This document shows, piece after piece, positions 1-11,629 of a stretch of DNA of 64,000 nt (position 1 is the stretch's first letter; each line of letters starts with the position of its first letter). Origin of the DNA: Candidatus Eiseniibacteriota bacterium. GTDB taxonomy: Bacteria; Orphanbacterota; Orphanbacteria; Orphanbacterales; Orphanbacteraceae. The stretch is taken from assembly GCA_016930695.1 (NCBI GenBank), contig JAFGGD010000026.1, forward strand, positions 114,904 to 178,903. Direction: 5' to 3'. The notes beneath the pieces were generated by a model that was given only the letters and a program-made list of their open reading frames with translations, did not search any database and was not told where the DNA came from. A program made the position numbers and the translations under genes.

Positions 1-13
1 GGGATCACGAACC

Positions 14-1558
14 ATGAAGTGTGTTCTACGGTTTGTCCGCGTCTTTTTCCCGGCCGGCGTGTTTTGCATCGGAGCCTTGATCGGCTTCGCGAACGCCGGC
101 ACGGATTCAACGCTCGAAGCGCCCGCCTTCCCCGTGGAGCATGGTCCCTGGCCGGTAGGCTACCGGACGGCGCTCACCTACGACGCCGGCCGGAGCTTCG
201 GCGCCCGCGCCGAGGTTGGCGGCGCCGTACATCCGGATCTCCGCTCGCGGCCCGTGCGGATCCATCTGTGGTATCCGGCCGTGGCGGGAACGTCTCCCGC
301 GATGCGATACGGCGATTTCGTCCTGGCCGCCGATCCTCTGGGTGAGCGGTCGCATGCCGAGGATGCGAAGGTTCTCGCCGCGTACAAAGCGCGCATGCTC
401 GAACGCGGAGTGGAGGAAGCGCGCCTCGACGCGCTCCTCGCGGCGCCGACCCGCGCCCGCCGGGACGCGGCGCCCGAACGAGGTCCCTTCCCGCTCATCG
501 TCTACGCCCCCAGCATCAATGCGGATTCCTACGAGAACGCCCTCTTCTTCGAGTATTTGGCCGGTCACGGCTTCGTCGTCGCTTCGTCCGCCTGTATTGG
601 CGCCGAAGAACCGGAAGTGGGGCGCGACCTCCGAGGGGCGCTCGCGCAACTCGGCGATGTGCGGCACGTGCTGCGATCGGTATCCGGGGAGCGATTCGTC
701 GATGCGAATCACGTCGGCCTCATGGGTTTCAGCTGGGGCGGGACCAGCGTGCTGCTCCTGGCCCTCCAGCACGCGGGGATCGACGCCGTCGTCACCCTCG
801 ACGGAGGTTACGCCTTTCCCCGATACCGGAGTATCCCGGAGGCCACGCCGTGGTGGGCGCCGCGCGATCTGCGGGCGGCTTTTCTGCATTTCACGTTGCT
901 CGATGATGATCGCGATCTCTCCTTCGCCGCCCGGAGCCTCTACGCGGATACGTGGGGCCGCCGCGTGCCCGGTTTCCGGCACGCGGACTTCGCGACCGAC
1001 GCGATCCTCAAGCGACGATGGGCGGCCGCGGATTCTCTGGCGGCGGTCTTGATGAAGGAGCACGCGGCGATCCAGCGCTCGGTCCTCGCCTTCTTCGGCG
1101 CCTACCTCGAAAAAGACGGCGCGGCGGCGGATCGGTTGAAAGACGAAGTGCCCCGCGGCGCCGCGACGGGATGGAACGTTCGGCCGGCGCTTCCGGCGCC
1201 GCCGCCGGCCGCGCAGTTCGACGAGATCATCGCGGAGCAAGGTGTGGACGCGGCGGTGGCTCGATTCCATGAGGCGCGCCGTCTCGATCCCGAGGTCGTC
1301 ATCTTCGGGGAGAATCGCCTCCTGCGCTATGCGGTGGAGTGGGGTCCGGAACGCGCCGAGGACATGTGGAAGCTTCTCGTCATCAACAACGAAGCATGGC
1401 CCCATTCGGCGGAGACGCACTACTGGATGGGCCAGGTCGAACTGGTCCGGGGCGACGAAGCCGCGGCGCGCGAGCGCCTCGAGACCGCGCTGCGACTCGA
1501 TCCGGAACACGAGCGGGCGCGGAATCTTCTCGCCCGGATCACCGGCTCCGGAGGTTGA
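14..1558 (+). CDS. Exported alpha/beta-hydrolase (dienelactone hydrolase/PAF-acetylhydrolase-like) with C-terminal TPR
   Basis: Signal-peptide-like N-terminus (..GFANA); 'RPVRIHLWYP' and 'GPFPLIVY' motifs; nucleophile elbow GFSWGG; TPR-like tail (AETHYWMG..ALRLDPEH). Confidence 0.8.
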   Translation: MKCVLRFVRVFFPAGVFCIGALIGFANAGTDSTLEAPAFPVEHGPWPVGYRTALTYDAGRSFGARAEVGGAVHPDLRSRPVRIHLWYPAVAGTSPAMRYGDFVLAADPLGERSHAEDAKVLAAYKARMLERGVEEARLDALLAAPTRARRDAAPERGPFPLIVYAPSINADSYENALFFEYLAGHGFVVASSACIGAEEPEVGRDLRGALAQLGDVRHVLRSVSGERFVDANHVGLMGFSWGGTSVLLLALQHAGIDAVVTLDGGYAFPRYRSIPEATPWWAPRDLRAAFLHFTLLDDDRDLSFAARSLYADTWGRRVPGFRHADFATDAILKRRWAAADSLAAVLMKEHAAIQRSVLAFFGAYLEKDGAAADRLKDEVPRGAATGWNVRPALPAPPPAAQFDEIIAEQGVDAAVARFHEARRLDPEVVIFGENRLLRYAVEWGPERAEDMWKLLVINNEAWPHSAETHYWMGQVELVRGDEAAARERLETALRLDPEHERARNLLARITGSGG

Positions 1559-1685
1559 CGCGAAGTCGAATGAGGCGGCGGGCGCGATTCTCGTTTCGAA
1601 GCTCGCGGAGCGCTCTCTCCCCGTTTCGAGAGAGAGACGGGGCCTTGTTGCCCGATTCCTCTTCGCCTCGATACCGGCGATCCAT

Positions 1686-1714
1686 TTGACATCAAGATCT
1701 TCTCTGTCTATGAT
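1686..1714 (+). promoter_or_regulatory. Sigma70-type promoter
   Basis: TTGACA (1686-1691), 17 nt spacer, TATGAT (1709-1714), upstream of the 1887 gene. Confidence 0.65.
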
Positions 1715-1886
1715 CCAAGCGACTCCCACCGTCGGATTCGGAGAATATTGCGTGCCTGTCCGACCCGTCTTCCCGCGCCGCGGAATACCGACCCATCCAG
1801 TGTTCGACAAGGGATAGCGTCCGCCGGCCGGCGGATCGGCCGCCCACCGCGCGGTGGAGGTCTTCGTCGACGTCGCAAGGGGGTAA

Positions 1887-2219
1887 GTGATGACCGGGCC
1901 TAAGGTAGAGATTTCGAGGGAAGAAGCGGCGGAGATCATCGCGCGGCTGAACCGAAAGCGCCGGATCCAGATCGTCGGTCTCGCCATCGCCGTGCTCGCG
2001 ACCTTTCTGGCGCTTCTGTCGAGAGTCATGCCGATGGCCGTCCCGGGGCTGTCCTTCTCTTTCTGGGGTCCGCTCGCCGCCGTCCTGCTATTGGCGAAGC
2101 TGGTCCTGTTCTTCGCGGCTTGGCGCTGTCCGAAGTGTGGGGCGTCGCTGGGTTCCAGCTATCGCCCACGCTTCTGCCCCGGGTGCGGGATCGCCCTGGT
2201 GGATGCCGGCGATCGGTAA
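1887..2219 (+). CDS. Small two-TM membrane protein with C-terminal zinc ribbon
   Basis: Two hydrophobic segments followed by CPKCG..CPGCG; start is GTG 1887 or ATG 1890. Confidence 0.7.
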   Translation: MMTGPKVEISREEAAEIIARLNRKRRIQIVGLAIAVLATFLALLSRVMPMAVPGLSFSFWGPLAAVLLLAKLVLFFAAWRCPKCGASLGSSYRPRFCPGCGIALVDAGDR

Positions 2220-2237
2220 TTCCCGTTACACACCACC

Positions 2238-2405
2238 GGTACCGCATACCCGACCTCGATTTGCCCGGGTACCGGATACCTCTCAACCAAGCGATGGTGT
2301 GAGGGGGGGGCCGGACATCATGATGTGCCGTTTCCCGGCGAAGAAGGTATCCGGTACCCTCTTGCAAGAGAAAAGGTATCCGGTACCAAGGTTCCATCCG
2401 GTACC
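2238..2405. repeat. Cluster of REP-like GGTATCCGGTACC repeats in both orientations
   Basis: GGTACCGCATACC 2238-2250 and GGTACCGGATACC 2268-2280 face GGTATCCGGTACC 2346-2358, 2375-2387 and partial ATCCGGTACC 2396-2405; palindrome CTCTTGCAAGAG 2359-2370. Confidence 0.75.
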
Positions 2406-2589
2406 AGGGTTCCCTAGGCGCTCATTGCGCGTTATTGTCCCCCATCTCCCGGCGATTCCCCTGGAACGGCCGCCTTTCCTTCCCTTATGCTTGAACCGGG
2501 TTACGACATCGGGCGAGTTTTACTTCACCGAAGCACATCCGGAAAACAGGGATCTCGCGTAAATGACCCTTTCGACGGAGGACGGGCCG

Positions 2590-3828
2590 ATGCATTTCCA
2601 TCTATTGAGCGATCGGGACATGCGCGCCATCGACGCGCTTATCGACTCCTACGGCGGCGCGGAGGCGATCGGAAAGAAGATCGCCGAAACGCGGCTCTAC
2701 AACACCCGCAAGCGGATCGCCGCCGACAAGGGCTTCGGTGAGATGCTCGAAAAGGCGGAATCCTACGCGAGCGACTTCCCGAAGCTCGAGGACTTCCTGA
2801 AGAAGGAGGGGATCCGGCCGGAGAAACAGGGTGTCTGCACCACCCAGGTCTCCGGCTTCCAGGGGGCTCGGGTCACATTCGATTGCATGCGGCGGATCGC
2901 CGAAAACGGCGACGTCCTCTTCCCGACCGAAATGATCTCCGTCGTCGCTCTTACCGAGCGCTACGTCTACAGCGGCGACCTCCTCGCCACCCTCGCCATG
3001 GCGGAAAACATCCTCGGCGCGAGCAAGTTCTGCTCCACCAACCTGATCGGCATTCCGCTCCCGGAGGAGCGTTTCGCCCGCATCGAGAAGGTGACCGGCG
3101 AGAAGTTTCACCGCCGTGATCTCGGCGGGGGGATGAGCCAGATCATCCTGAAAAACATGGGGACCGCCTTCGGCAACCTGGGCGGCGTGGAGGTGGCGGA
3201 TAACAACCACCTCGTCTATCTCGACGGGATCACTCGGGCCGCCCTCGAAACGGGCGCCGACTTCTTCCTCAACCCGAGTTGGTCCACCATCGTCGCCGCC
3301 TGTTACTACGCGCGCCGGATTCCTGAAATCAGCTTCAAGATCTCCATGCTTCTCTCGACGCAGAACGCGATCCAGTTCCGGATGCTGATGAACATCGTCA
3401 AGTCTTACCTGCGAGACGACGGCACCACGCCGATCTACGAGATCAACATCGGAAACGGGGCGAGCCCCGAGACCTTCATGCAGTGCGCCGATGATCTGAA
3501 AGGGGCGGCCGGGATGCCCAACATTTCCCTGACCGCACACCTGCGCATCAACCCGGACCTGGGCATGGAGAATTTCGACTGGACCGAGAACGCGCACAAG
3601 GTGCTCGACGCCGGTTACGACATGACCATCAAGTACGAGAGCGACGGCGCCTCGCGCCCCTACGACACGATGGCGGCCTACTTTCTCCCCGACGAGGAGC
3701 GGGACGAGAAAGCGGAGCTGATCGGAGACGTGATCTACCACAAATGCGTGCGCTGCGATCTGGACGCGAAGGAGATCCTGCGCCGAGGCCACCCGGTCCG
3801 TTACGCCGATATCAGCGTGCGGTCCTAG
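2590..3828 (+). CDS. Soluble protein of unknown function (possible enzyme), first gene of a 4-gene operon
   Basis: Globular, Lys/Glu-rich composition unlike shadow ORFs; GGAGG RBS at 2577-2581 favours ATG 2590 over 2563; no motif I can name. Confidence 0.75.
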   Translation: MHFHLLSDRDMRAIDALIDSYGGAEAIGKKIAETRLYNTRKRIAADKGFGEMLEKAESYASDFPKLEDFLKKEGIRPEKQGVCTTQVSGFQGARVTFDCMRRIAENGDVLFPTEMISVVALTERYVYSGDLLATLAMAENILGASKFCSTNLIGIPLPEERFARIEKVTGEKFHRRDLGGGMSQIILKNMGTAFGNLGGVEVADNNHLVYLDGITRAALETGADFFLNPSWSTIVAACYYARRIPEISFKISMLLSTQNAIQFRMLMNIVKSYLRDDGTTPIYEINIGNGASPETFMQCADDLKGAAGMPNISLTAHLRINPDLGMENFDWTENAHKVLDAGYDMTIKYESDGASRPYDTMAAYFLPDEERDEKAELIGDVIYHKCVRCDLDAKEILRRGHPVRYADISVRS

Positions 3829-3837
3829 GAGAGAGCC

Positions 3838-4194
3838 GTGAAAAAGTGGATGCAAGAGTGGGACGGAACCCCCTACCCGGAGATGGTGCGCGGCCTACCG
3901 GAGATCGCCGTCCCCTTCGAAGGCGTGCGGGGCTGGCTCCTGCAGGGATCGAGCAATCAGGTCGTTTTCTTCGACATCGAACCGACCGCCCAGGTCCCCC
4001 CGCACTCCCATTGCGCGCAATGGGGTCTCGTGCTCGAGGGGGAGATGGAACTCGCCATCGGCGGTAAGCCCGGGGTCTATAAGAAAGGCGATTGGTATTT
4101 CATCCCGGCCGGCACGGAGCACGCGGCGTCCTTCCGGACCCGATGCGCCGTCATCGATCTGTTCGAGTCGCCGGACCGGTATCGCGTGAAATAG
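3838..4194 (+). CDS. Cupin domain protein
   Basis: Cupin motifs 'PPHSHCAQWGLVLEGE' and 'GDWYFIPAGTEH'. Confidence 0.85.
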   Translation: MKKWMQEWDGTPYPEMVRGLPEIAVPFEGVRGWLLQGSSNQVVFFDIEPTAQVPPHSHCAQWGLVLEGEMELAIGGKPGVYKKGDWYFIPAGTEHAASFRTRCAVIDLFESPDRYRVK

Positions 4195-4266
4195 GAGCGG
4201 CGCTTCGCCGGGCGGTGCCGACGGTCCGCCCGGAACGAGCGAACGCAAGCGACGAAGGAGGATACG

Positions 4267-5286
4267 ATGCGTCTGCTCTTGATCGGTTTCGGCACGGTCG
4301 GCCGCGGGCTCGCCGAGCTGTTGATCGGAAAGCGGGAGACACTGAAGGAGCGATACGGGATCGAACCCGTGGTGGTCGGGATCTCGGACATGAAGACCGG
4401 GAGCCTCTACGATCCGAAGGGAATCGACCTTGCGGCGGCGGTCCGCGAGGCGGAGGAGAAGGGGAGCCTCGCCGGGTTGCCGGGCGGCTTCGACGGCGAC
4501 GCCCTCACCCTGATCGGCTCGGCCGAAGCGGACTGCGTGGTGGAGATGACCTACACGGACATTAAAACCGGCGAGCCGGCCACGAGCCACGTCCGGGCCG
4601 CGCTCGAGCGCGGGATGCACGTGGTCACCACCAACAAGGGACCGGTGGCCCTGAACCTCCCCGCCCTGAACGCCCTGGCCGCGAAGAAAGGGATCCGTTT
4701 CCTTTACGAGGGAACGGTGATGAGCGGCACGCCGGTCTTGAACCTGATCCGGGAGACGTTGGCCGGCTGCGCGATCACCGAGATCAAGGGGATCCTGAAC
4801 GGGACGACCAACTACATCCTCTCCAAAATGGAAGAGGGAATGGACTATGAAGGCGCGCTGAAAAAGGCGCAGGAGTTGGGCTACGCCGAGGCGGTGCCCG
4901 ACGCGGACGTGCTCGGCTGGGACGCCCTGGGCAAGGTGACGATCCTGGCGAACGCCGTTTTCGACGCGCACAAGAAGCCCGCCGATTTTCCCTGCGAAGG
5001 GATTACCGGGATCAGCGCCGAGAGGGTGGCGGACGCCAAGGCCCGCGGAAAACGCTACAAGCTGATCGGCCGCGTGGCGATCGAGAAGGGGAAAGTGGTC
5101 GGCGGCGTCGGCCCGCAAGAGATCGATCTCTCCCACCCGCTCGCCGGAGTCATGGGCGCCGTCAACGCCCTCACCATCACCACCGACGCCCTCGGCGACG
5201 TGACCATCGTCGGCCCGGGCGCGGGACGGGTCGAGACCGGCTACAGCGCGCTGATCGACATCATCCATGCGGGAGGTGCGCGATGA
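4267..5286 (+). CDS. hom: Homoserine dehydrogenase (short form, no ACT domain)
   Basis: GFGTVG Rossmann motif, 'HVVTTNKGP', 'YEGTVMSGTP', 'GILNGTTNYIL', 'AQELGYAE', 'GPGAG..TG'. Confidence 0.92.
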   Translation: MRLLLIGFGTVGRGLAELLIGKRETLKERYGIEPVVVGISDMKTGSLYDPKGIDLAAAVREAEEKGSLAGLPGGFDGDALTLIGSAEADCVVEMTYTDIKTGEPATSHVRAALERGMHVVTTNKGPVALNLPALNALAAKKGIRFLYEGTVMSGTPVLNLIRETLAGCAITEIKGILNGTTNYILSKMEEGMDYEGALKKAQELGYAEAVPDADVLGWDALGKVTILANAVFDAHKKPADFPCEGITGISAERVADAKARGKRYKLIGRVAIEKGKVVGGVGPQEIDLSHPLAGVMGAVNALTITTDALGDVTIVGPGAGRVETGYSALIDIIHAGGAR

Positions 5287-6704
5287 AGATGCTTCTCGAA
5301 GGCCGGTGGGTCGATCGGGACGAGAAGATCGAGGTCACCGATCCTTTCGATGAATCGGTGATCGACACCGTGCCCAGCGCGTCCCCGAGTGACGTGGAGA
5401 AGGCGCTCGCCGGCGCGGTGCGCGGTTTCGAGATCACCAAACGGATGAGCGTGTACGACCGGGCGCAGATCCTCTTCCGCGCGGCGAGGATCATCGAGGA
5501 GCGGGTCGAGGAATTCGCGACCGTCATCGCCCGGGAAGGCTCCAAGACGATCCGCGAGGCGCGCAAGGAAGCGGGGCGCTGCGTCAACACGCTCACCTGC
5601 TCCGCCGAGGAGGCGAAGAGGATCCTGGGCGAGACGATCCCCTGGGACTCCTTCCCGGGCGGCGAGAAGAGGCGCGGTTATTACTATCGCTTTCCCATCG
5701 GCGTGGTGCTCGCGATCACCCCATTTAACGATCCGCTCAACCTGGTCGCCCATAAGCTCGGTCCCGCCGTGGCGGCGGGGAACGCGGTGATTCTGAAGCC
5801 CGCGACGGTGACCCCCCTTTCGGCGATCAAGCTGGTGGAGGCGCTCGTCGAGGCGGGATTGCCGCCGGAGGCGATCCAGCTGATCACGGGCGTCGGGTCT
5901 CGAATCGGAGAGCCCCTCGTGCGGGACGACCGGGTGCGGATGGTCAGCTTCACCGGGGGCGTGGAGGCGGGGAAATCGGTCGCCGCCGTCGCGGGGATCA
6001 AGAAGATCGGCATGGAGCTGGGGAGCGATTCGCCGGTGATCGTATGGAAGGACGCCGACCTGGAACCGGCGGTGGAATCCTCCGTCTCCGGCGCCTTCTG
6101 GGCGGCGGGCCAGAACTGCATCGGGGTACAGCGGCTCCTGGTGCACGACGCGATATACGACGAGTTCAAGGAGCGCTTCGTCGCGCTGGCCAAGAAGTAC
6201 GTCATCGGCGACAAGATGAAGGAAGAGACCGACATGGGCCCGATGATCACGCGCCGCGAGGCGGAGCGCGTCGAGGAGTGGGTGCGCGAGGCGGCCGAGG
6301 CGGGCGCCGGGATCCTCTGCGGCGGCGGGCGCGACGGCGCTCTTTTCGAGCCGACGGTGATCGAGGAACCTCCCAAGAACGTGCGCATTCACAAAGACGA
6401 GGTTTTCGGGCCGGCGGTGAATCTCTACCGCGTGAACGATCTGGACAAGGCGATCGCCGAGGCGAACTCCCTGCCGTACGGGCTGCTGGCGGCGATCTTC
6501 ACCCGGGACGTGGAGACCGCCTTCAAGGCGGCTTACGAACTGGACTGCGGCGGCGTGATGATCAATGACTCGACCGACTACCGGCTCGACTCGATGCCCT
6601 TCGGCGGCGTCAAATACTCCGGCTTGGGTCGTGAGGGTCTGAAGTTTTCTCTGCAGGAAATGACCGAGCCGAAGGTGGTCTGCTTCCATCTGCCCGGCAT
6701 CTAA
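5283..6704 (+). CDS. NAD(P)-dependent aldehyde dehydrogenase
   Basis: 'ITPFNDP', 'FTGG', 'MELGS', catalytic 'AGQNCIG', 'EVFGP', 'PFGGVKYSGLGREG'; start overlaps the hom stop. Confidence 0.93.
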   Translation: MKMLLEGRWVDRDEKIEVTDPFDESVIDTVPSASPSDVEKALAGAVRGFEITKRMSVYDRAQILFRAARIIEERVEEFATVIAREGSKTIREARKEAGRCVNTLTCSAEEAKRILGETIPWDSFPGGEKRRGYYYRFPIGVVLAITPFNDPLNLVAHKLGPAVAAGNAVILKPATVTPLSAIKLVEALVEAGLPPEAIQLITGVGSRIGEPLVRDDRVRMVSFTGGVEAGKSVAAVAGIKKIGMELGSDSPVIVWKDADLEPAVESSVSGAFWAAGQNCIGVQRLLVHDAIYDEFKERFVALAKKYVIGDKMKEETDMGPMITRREAERVEEWVREAAEAGAGILCGGGRDGALFEPTVIEEPPKNVRIHKDEVFGPAVNLYRVNDLDKAIAEANSLPYGLLAAIFTRDVETAFKAAYELDCGGVMINDSTDYRLDSMPFGGVKYSGLGREGLKFSLQEMTEPKVVCFHLPGI

Positions 6705-6746
6705 TCGGTTCGGAGACGGGAAGGGTTTCGGAAAGGGCTCCCCGGG

Positions 6747-8659
<1,913 letters not shown>

Positions 8660-8663
<4 letters not shown>

Positions 8664-9115
8664 GCTTCCTCGTTCGATGCGCGCATGGCGTCGATTCCGT
8701 GGGCGGCGAGCAGCGGGGCGATCCGCGCCGCTTCCCGTATCGCGTCGTCGCGGAACGGCACGGGCACGCCGACCACGAGTATCTCGGGCGCCGGGTGGTC
8801 GAGAAGGTAGGGGAGGCAGCGGATCAGGTAGCCGATCCCCGCGGAGTGGCCGAAGGTCTCCGCGCCGGTTCGCGCCGCCTCCGCCCCGGTGGTCACCACC
8901 AGCCCTTCCCCCGGGTCGAATCCGATCGCCGCGTCGACGAATACGACGCGGTCCGCGCCCTCGACCCTCGGGAAGAGGTCCAGACCGGCCAGTCCGCCGT
9001 CCACCGCCTCCACCCCGGCGGGAAGCCCGTTCCGCGCGATGAGGTCGTACACGCGAGGCCCGGCGGAATCTTCCGGATGGTATCGGTTCCCGACGCAGAC
9101 CACTCGGTTCACCAT
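8660..9115 (-). CDS. Hydrogenase maturation endopeptidase (HupD/HybD family)
   Basis: '[12 protein letters not shown]', 'VDGG', 'VVFVDA', 'GHSAG'; adjacent to the large subunit. Confidence 0.85.
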
Positions 9116-9119
9116 CCCG

Positions 9120-10673
9120 TTAGACCTTTCTCCGCGGGAAGGATCGCCCGCCGCGGAAGGCGTGCACCGAACAGACCTGGCAGGCGTCGAAGGAGCGAAT
9201 CACATGGCCGAGTTCGACCGGGTTCTCCGTGTCCCGCACCGGCGTGCCGACGAGCGCCTCTTCCCAGGGGCCGCGAAGGTCCGCCGAGTCGCGCGGCGAG
9301 CCGTTCCAGGCGGTGGGGGTGATCATCTGGTATCGGGCGATCCGCCCCCTCTCGATGCGCAACCAATGGCCGAGCGCCCCACGGGAAGCCTCGACCGCTC
9401 CCAATCCCTCCCCCTCCTCGGGGTGCGGAGATGCCGTGTAGTAACGCTCTCCCGGATCGATTTCGTCGATCCACCGCCCGACGGCGGGGAGCAGCTCGGC
9501 GGGCCGGGTCATCCGGGCGAGCTGGCGGACGAAGGCGTTCGGGCCGGACGGCCGGAGCAGGTCCCGCACGAGCGGAACGCCGGCGAGAACGGCCTCGGCC
9601 AACGGGCCGGTCTCGGCGGGCCGGTTCCCGTAGCGGGGCGCCTTGACCCAGGAGTACTTCCGCCCCTCCGCGCCCGTTGCGTAAGGTTTCGTCTCGCCCT
9701 CGAACGGGTGTCGCCCCCCCTCGTAGTCTTCGAACCAGGAGTGGGCGACGTGTTCGGAGATGCGGGCTTGGTCGAGCGGCGTCACTTCCGTTCCCGTGGC
9801 GAAGCCGCCCGGGAGGAGGAACGGCACGTTCTCGCGGCGCCCCCGCACCGCGGACCCCTCGGGGATCGGCAGGCCGTCGAAACCGATATAGGCGTCGTGC
9901 CCGCGGCCGATTCGATCGAGCCCGATGTCGCGGGCGAAACGGACGAAGAAACCGACCTCGCCGTCCCGGTGGGCCGGGCTCTCGTCGAGCCAGGCGTCGA
10001 GATCACCGGCGGAACGTACCTCGCGCCAACGATCGATCGAACAGCCGAGGATGCGCTTCTCGTACCAGGCGCGGTAGCGGTCGAGGAGGTAGCGGCACTG
10101 GCAGATGTCGCTCATGTTCGGCAGCGTCGTGATGCCGCCCGGGACCATGTAGGAGGAGTGGGGCCACTGGCCGCCGAGAATCGCCACCACCTCCACCACG
10201 CTCCGCGTCTCCCGGATCGTCTCGATCACCGTTTCTCCGCGGAAGGGAGCGTACCGGCGCGCCGCTTCCTCGTAGAGAGGCCGGTCCCGATAGGCGGGAT
10301 TGACGAAGTCGGCGACGAACATAAGGAAGGCGTGCCGCATGTCGCTCTGCAGGTGTTCCACCGCGAGGGCCGTGTTCCGCACGCGGATCGCGTTGGCGGG
10401 CGGCCGGACGCCCATGATCGCTTCCAGCGCCCTCGCCGCCGCCTGCAGGTGGGCGGTGCCGCAGATGCCGCACACTCGCGGCGTCAGCACCAAGCCGTCC
10501 AGGGCGCCCCGGCCGCGGAGCAGGTTCTCGAAACCGCGGTACATCACACCCGCGCTCCAGGCGTCGACCACCCGGTCGTCCTCCAACTCCACGCGGATCT
10601 CCAGGTCTCCCTCGACCCGGTTCAGAGGGGTGAGGATCGTTTTCGTCTTCGCTTTTGTCTCCGTCGCGGGCAT
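9120..10673 (-). CDS. [NiFe]-hydrogenase large subunit, group 2 sensory type (HupV-like, 2c-like motifs)
   Basis: 'NRVEGDL', L1 'PRVCGICGTAH', 'GGQWPH', 'EASRGALGHW', L2 'SFDACQVCSVH' plus a 13-aa C-terminal extension. Confidence 0.92.
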   Translation of the reverse strand: MPATETKAKTKTILTPLNRVEGDLEIRVELEDDRVVDAWSAGVMYRGFENLLRGRGALDGLVLTPRVCGICGTAHLQAAARALEAIMGVRPPANAIRVRNTALAVEHLQSDMRHAFLMFVADFVNPAYRDRPLYEEAARRYAPFRGETVIETIRETRSVVEVVAILGGQWPHSSYMVPGGITTLPNMSDICQCRYLLDRYRAWYEKRILGCSIDRWREVRSAGDLDAWLDESPAHRDGEVGFFVRFARDIGLDRIGRGHDAYIGFDGLPIPEGSAVRGRRENVPFLLPGGFATGTEVTPLDQARISEHVAHSWFEDYEGGRHPFEGETKPYATGAEGRKYSWVKAPRYGNRPAETGPLAEAVLAGVPLVRDLLRPSGPNAFVRQLARMTRPAELLPAVGRWIDEIDPGERYYTASPHPEEGEGLGAVEASRGALGHWLRIERGRIARYQMITPTAWNGSPRDSADLRGPWEEALVGTPVRDTENPVELGHVIRSFDACQVCSVHAFRGGRSFPRRKV

Positions 10674-10679
10674 GATCCT

Positions 10680-11618
10680 TTATACCTCGTTTTCCCGGCC
10701 CAGGAGCCGCTCCGGCGCGGCCGCCGCCGCCATTCCCTTGTAAGCCATGTAGTGGGCTCGGTCGACGCCCTCGGGCAGCTCGATCGGCAGGTTTTCGATG
10801 TTCGGCGTCTCGAAGAAGGGCGTGGCCTGCGGAAATCCCGGCTTGGTGCAACCGAAGCAGGGAACGCCGGCGCGGGTCTTGGAGCTGCGGCGATTCCAGA
10901 GCAGTTTGTTGCATGGCCCGTGGGCGAGCGGCCCGTGGCATCCCATGTGGAAGAAGAGGCAGCCCCTTTCGCCGAACTCCTTCTCCTCCACGCGGTACTC
11001 GTGATACTCGTTTCGCGTGCAGCCCTGGTGGACCAGCATGCCGTACCACTCCGTAGGGGTGCCGAGGCGGTCCAGGTGCAAGGGGACACCGCCCACCAGC
11101 GCCGTGAGGGTCCCGACCACCACGGACGGATGGCATGGACAGCCGGGGAGGTTGATCACCGGCATGCCGCTCCCGGAGGTCCAGGAGTCGCCCAGGAATC
11201 CCCCCTTTTGATCGCGGGTGAACTGAACGCCGCAAGCCTCCACCTCGCAGCTCGCCGGAATGCCGCCGAAGCTGGCGCACGTCCCGACGGCGATCACGTG
11301 TTCCGCCCGCGCGGCGAGCGCGGCGAGAAGGTCCTTCTTCGGGCGGCCGCTATGGGTGGCGTACATCCCCGTACCGGTGGGTCCGCGGATGACCGAGCCC
11401 TCCACGCATAGAATATGAAGGGGAAGGTCCCCCGCCGTGATCGCGCCGACCGTTCTCTCACGCTCCTTCGCATCGCACGCCGTCATGGAAGGGTGCCAGA
11501 GAACGCGCAGATCCAGTTTGTCCAATACCTGAACAAATCCCGGGGAATCGGCGCAAAGAAGGGACATGGTGTCGCCGCCGCAGGCGCCGCACTGCAACCA
11601 GAAAAGATTCAAGGACAT
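10680..11618 (-). CDS. [NiFe]-hydrogenase small subunit (HupU-like), no Tat leader
   Basis: 'WLQCGACGGDTMS', 'GTCASFGGIP', 'NLPGCPCHP', 'HQGCTRNEY', 'GCHGP', 'PCFGCT'. Confidence 0.92.
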   Translation of the reverse strand: MSLNLFWLQCGACGGDTMSLLCADSPGFVQVLDKLDLRVLWHPSMTACDAKERERTVGAITAGDLPLHILCVEGSVIRGPTGTGMYATHSGRPKKDLLAALAARAEHVIAVGTCASFGGIPASCEVEACGVQFTRDQKGGFLGDSWTSGSGMPVINLPGCPCHPSVVVGTLTALVGGVPLHLDRLGTPTEWYGMLVHQGCTRNEYHEYRVEEKEFGERGCLFFHMGCHGPLAHGPCNKLLWNRRSSKTRAGVPCFGCTKPGFPQATPFFETPNIENLPIELPEGVDRAHYMAYKGMAAAAAPERLLGRENEV

Positions 11619-11629
11619 GACCGCCCCCC

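Noticed and set aside
2238-2405. Repeat cluster as a CRISPR array
   Set aside because: Units are only 13 bp, in both orientations and irregularly spaced, with no cas genes
2137-2562. ORFs 2137-2562 and 2026-2397 as real genes
   Set aside because: They are translations of the repeat cluster and overlap the zinc-ribbon gene
9120-11618. Respiratory uptake or NiFeSe hydrogenase
   Set aside because: No Tat leader, TM anchor or cytochrome b subunit; all four Ni-ligand positions are Cys
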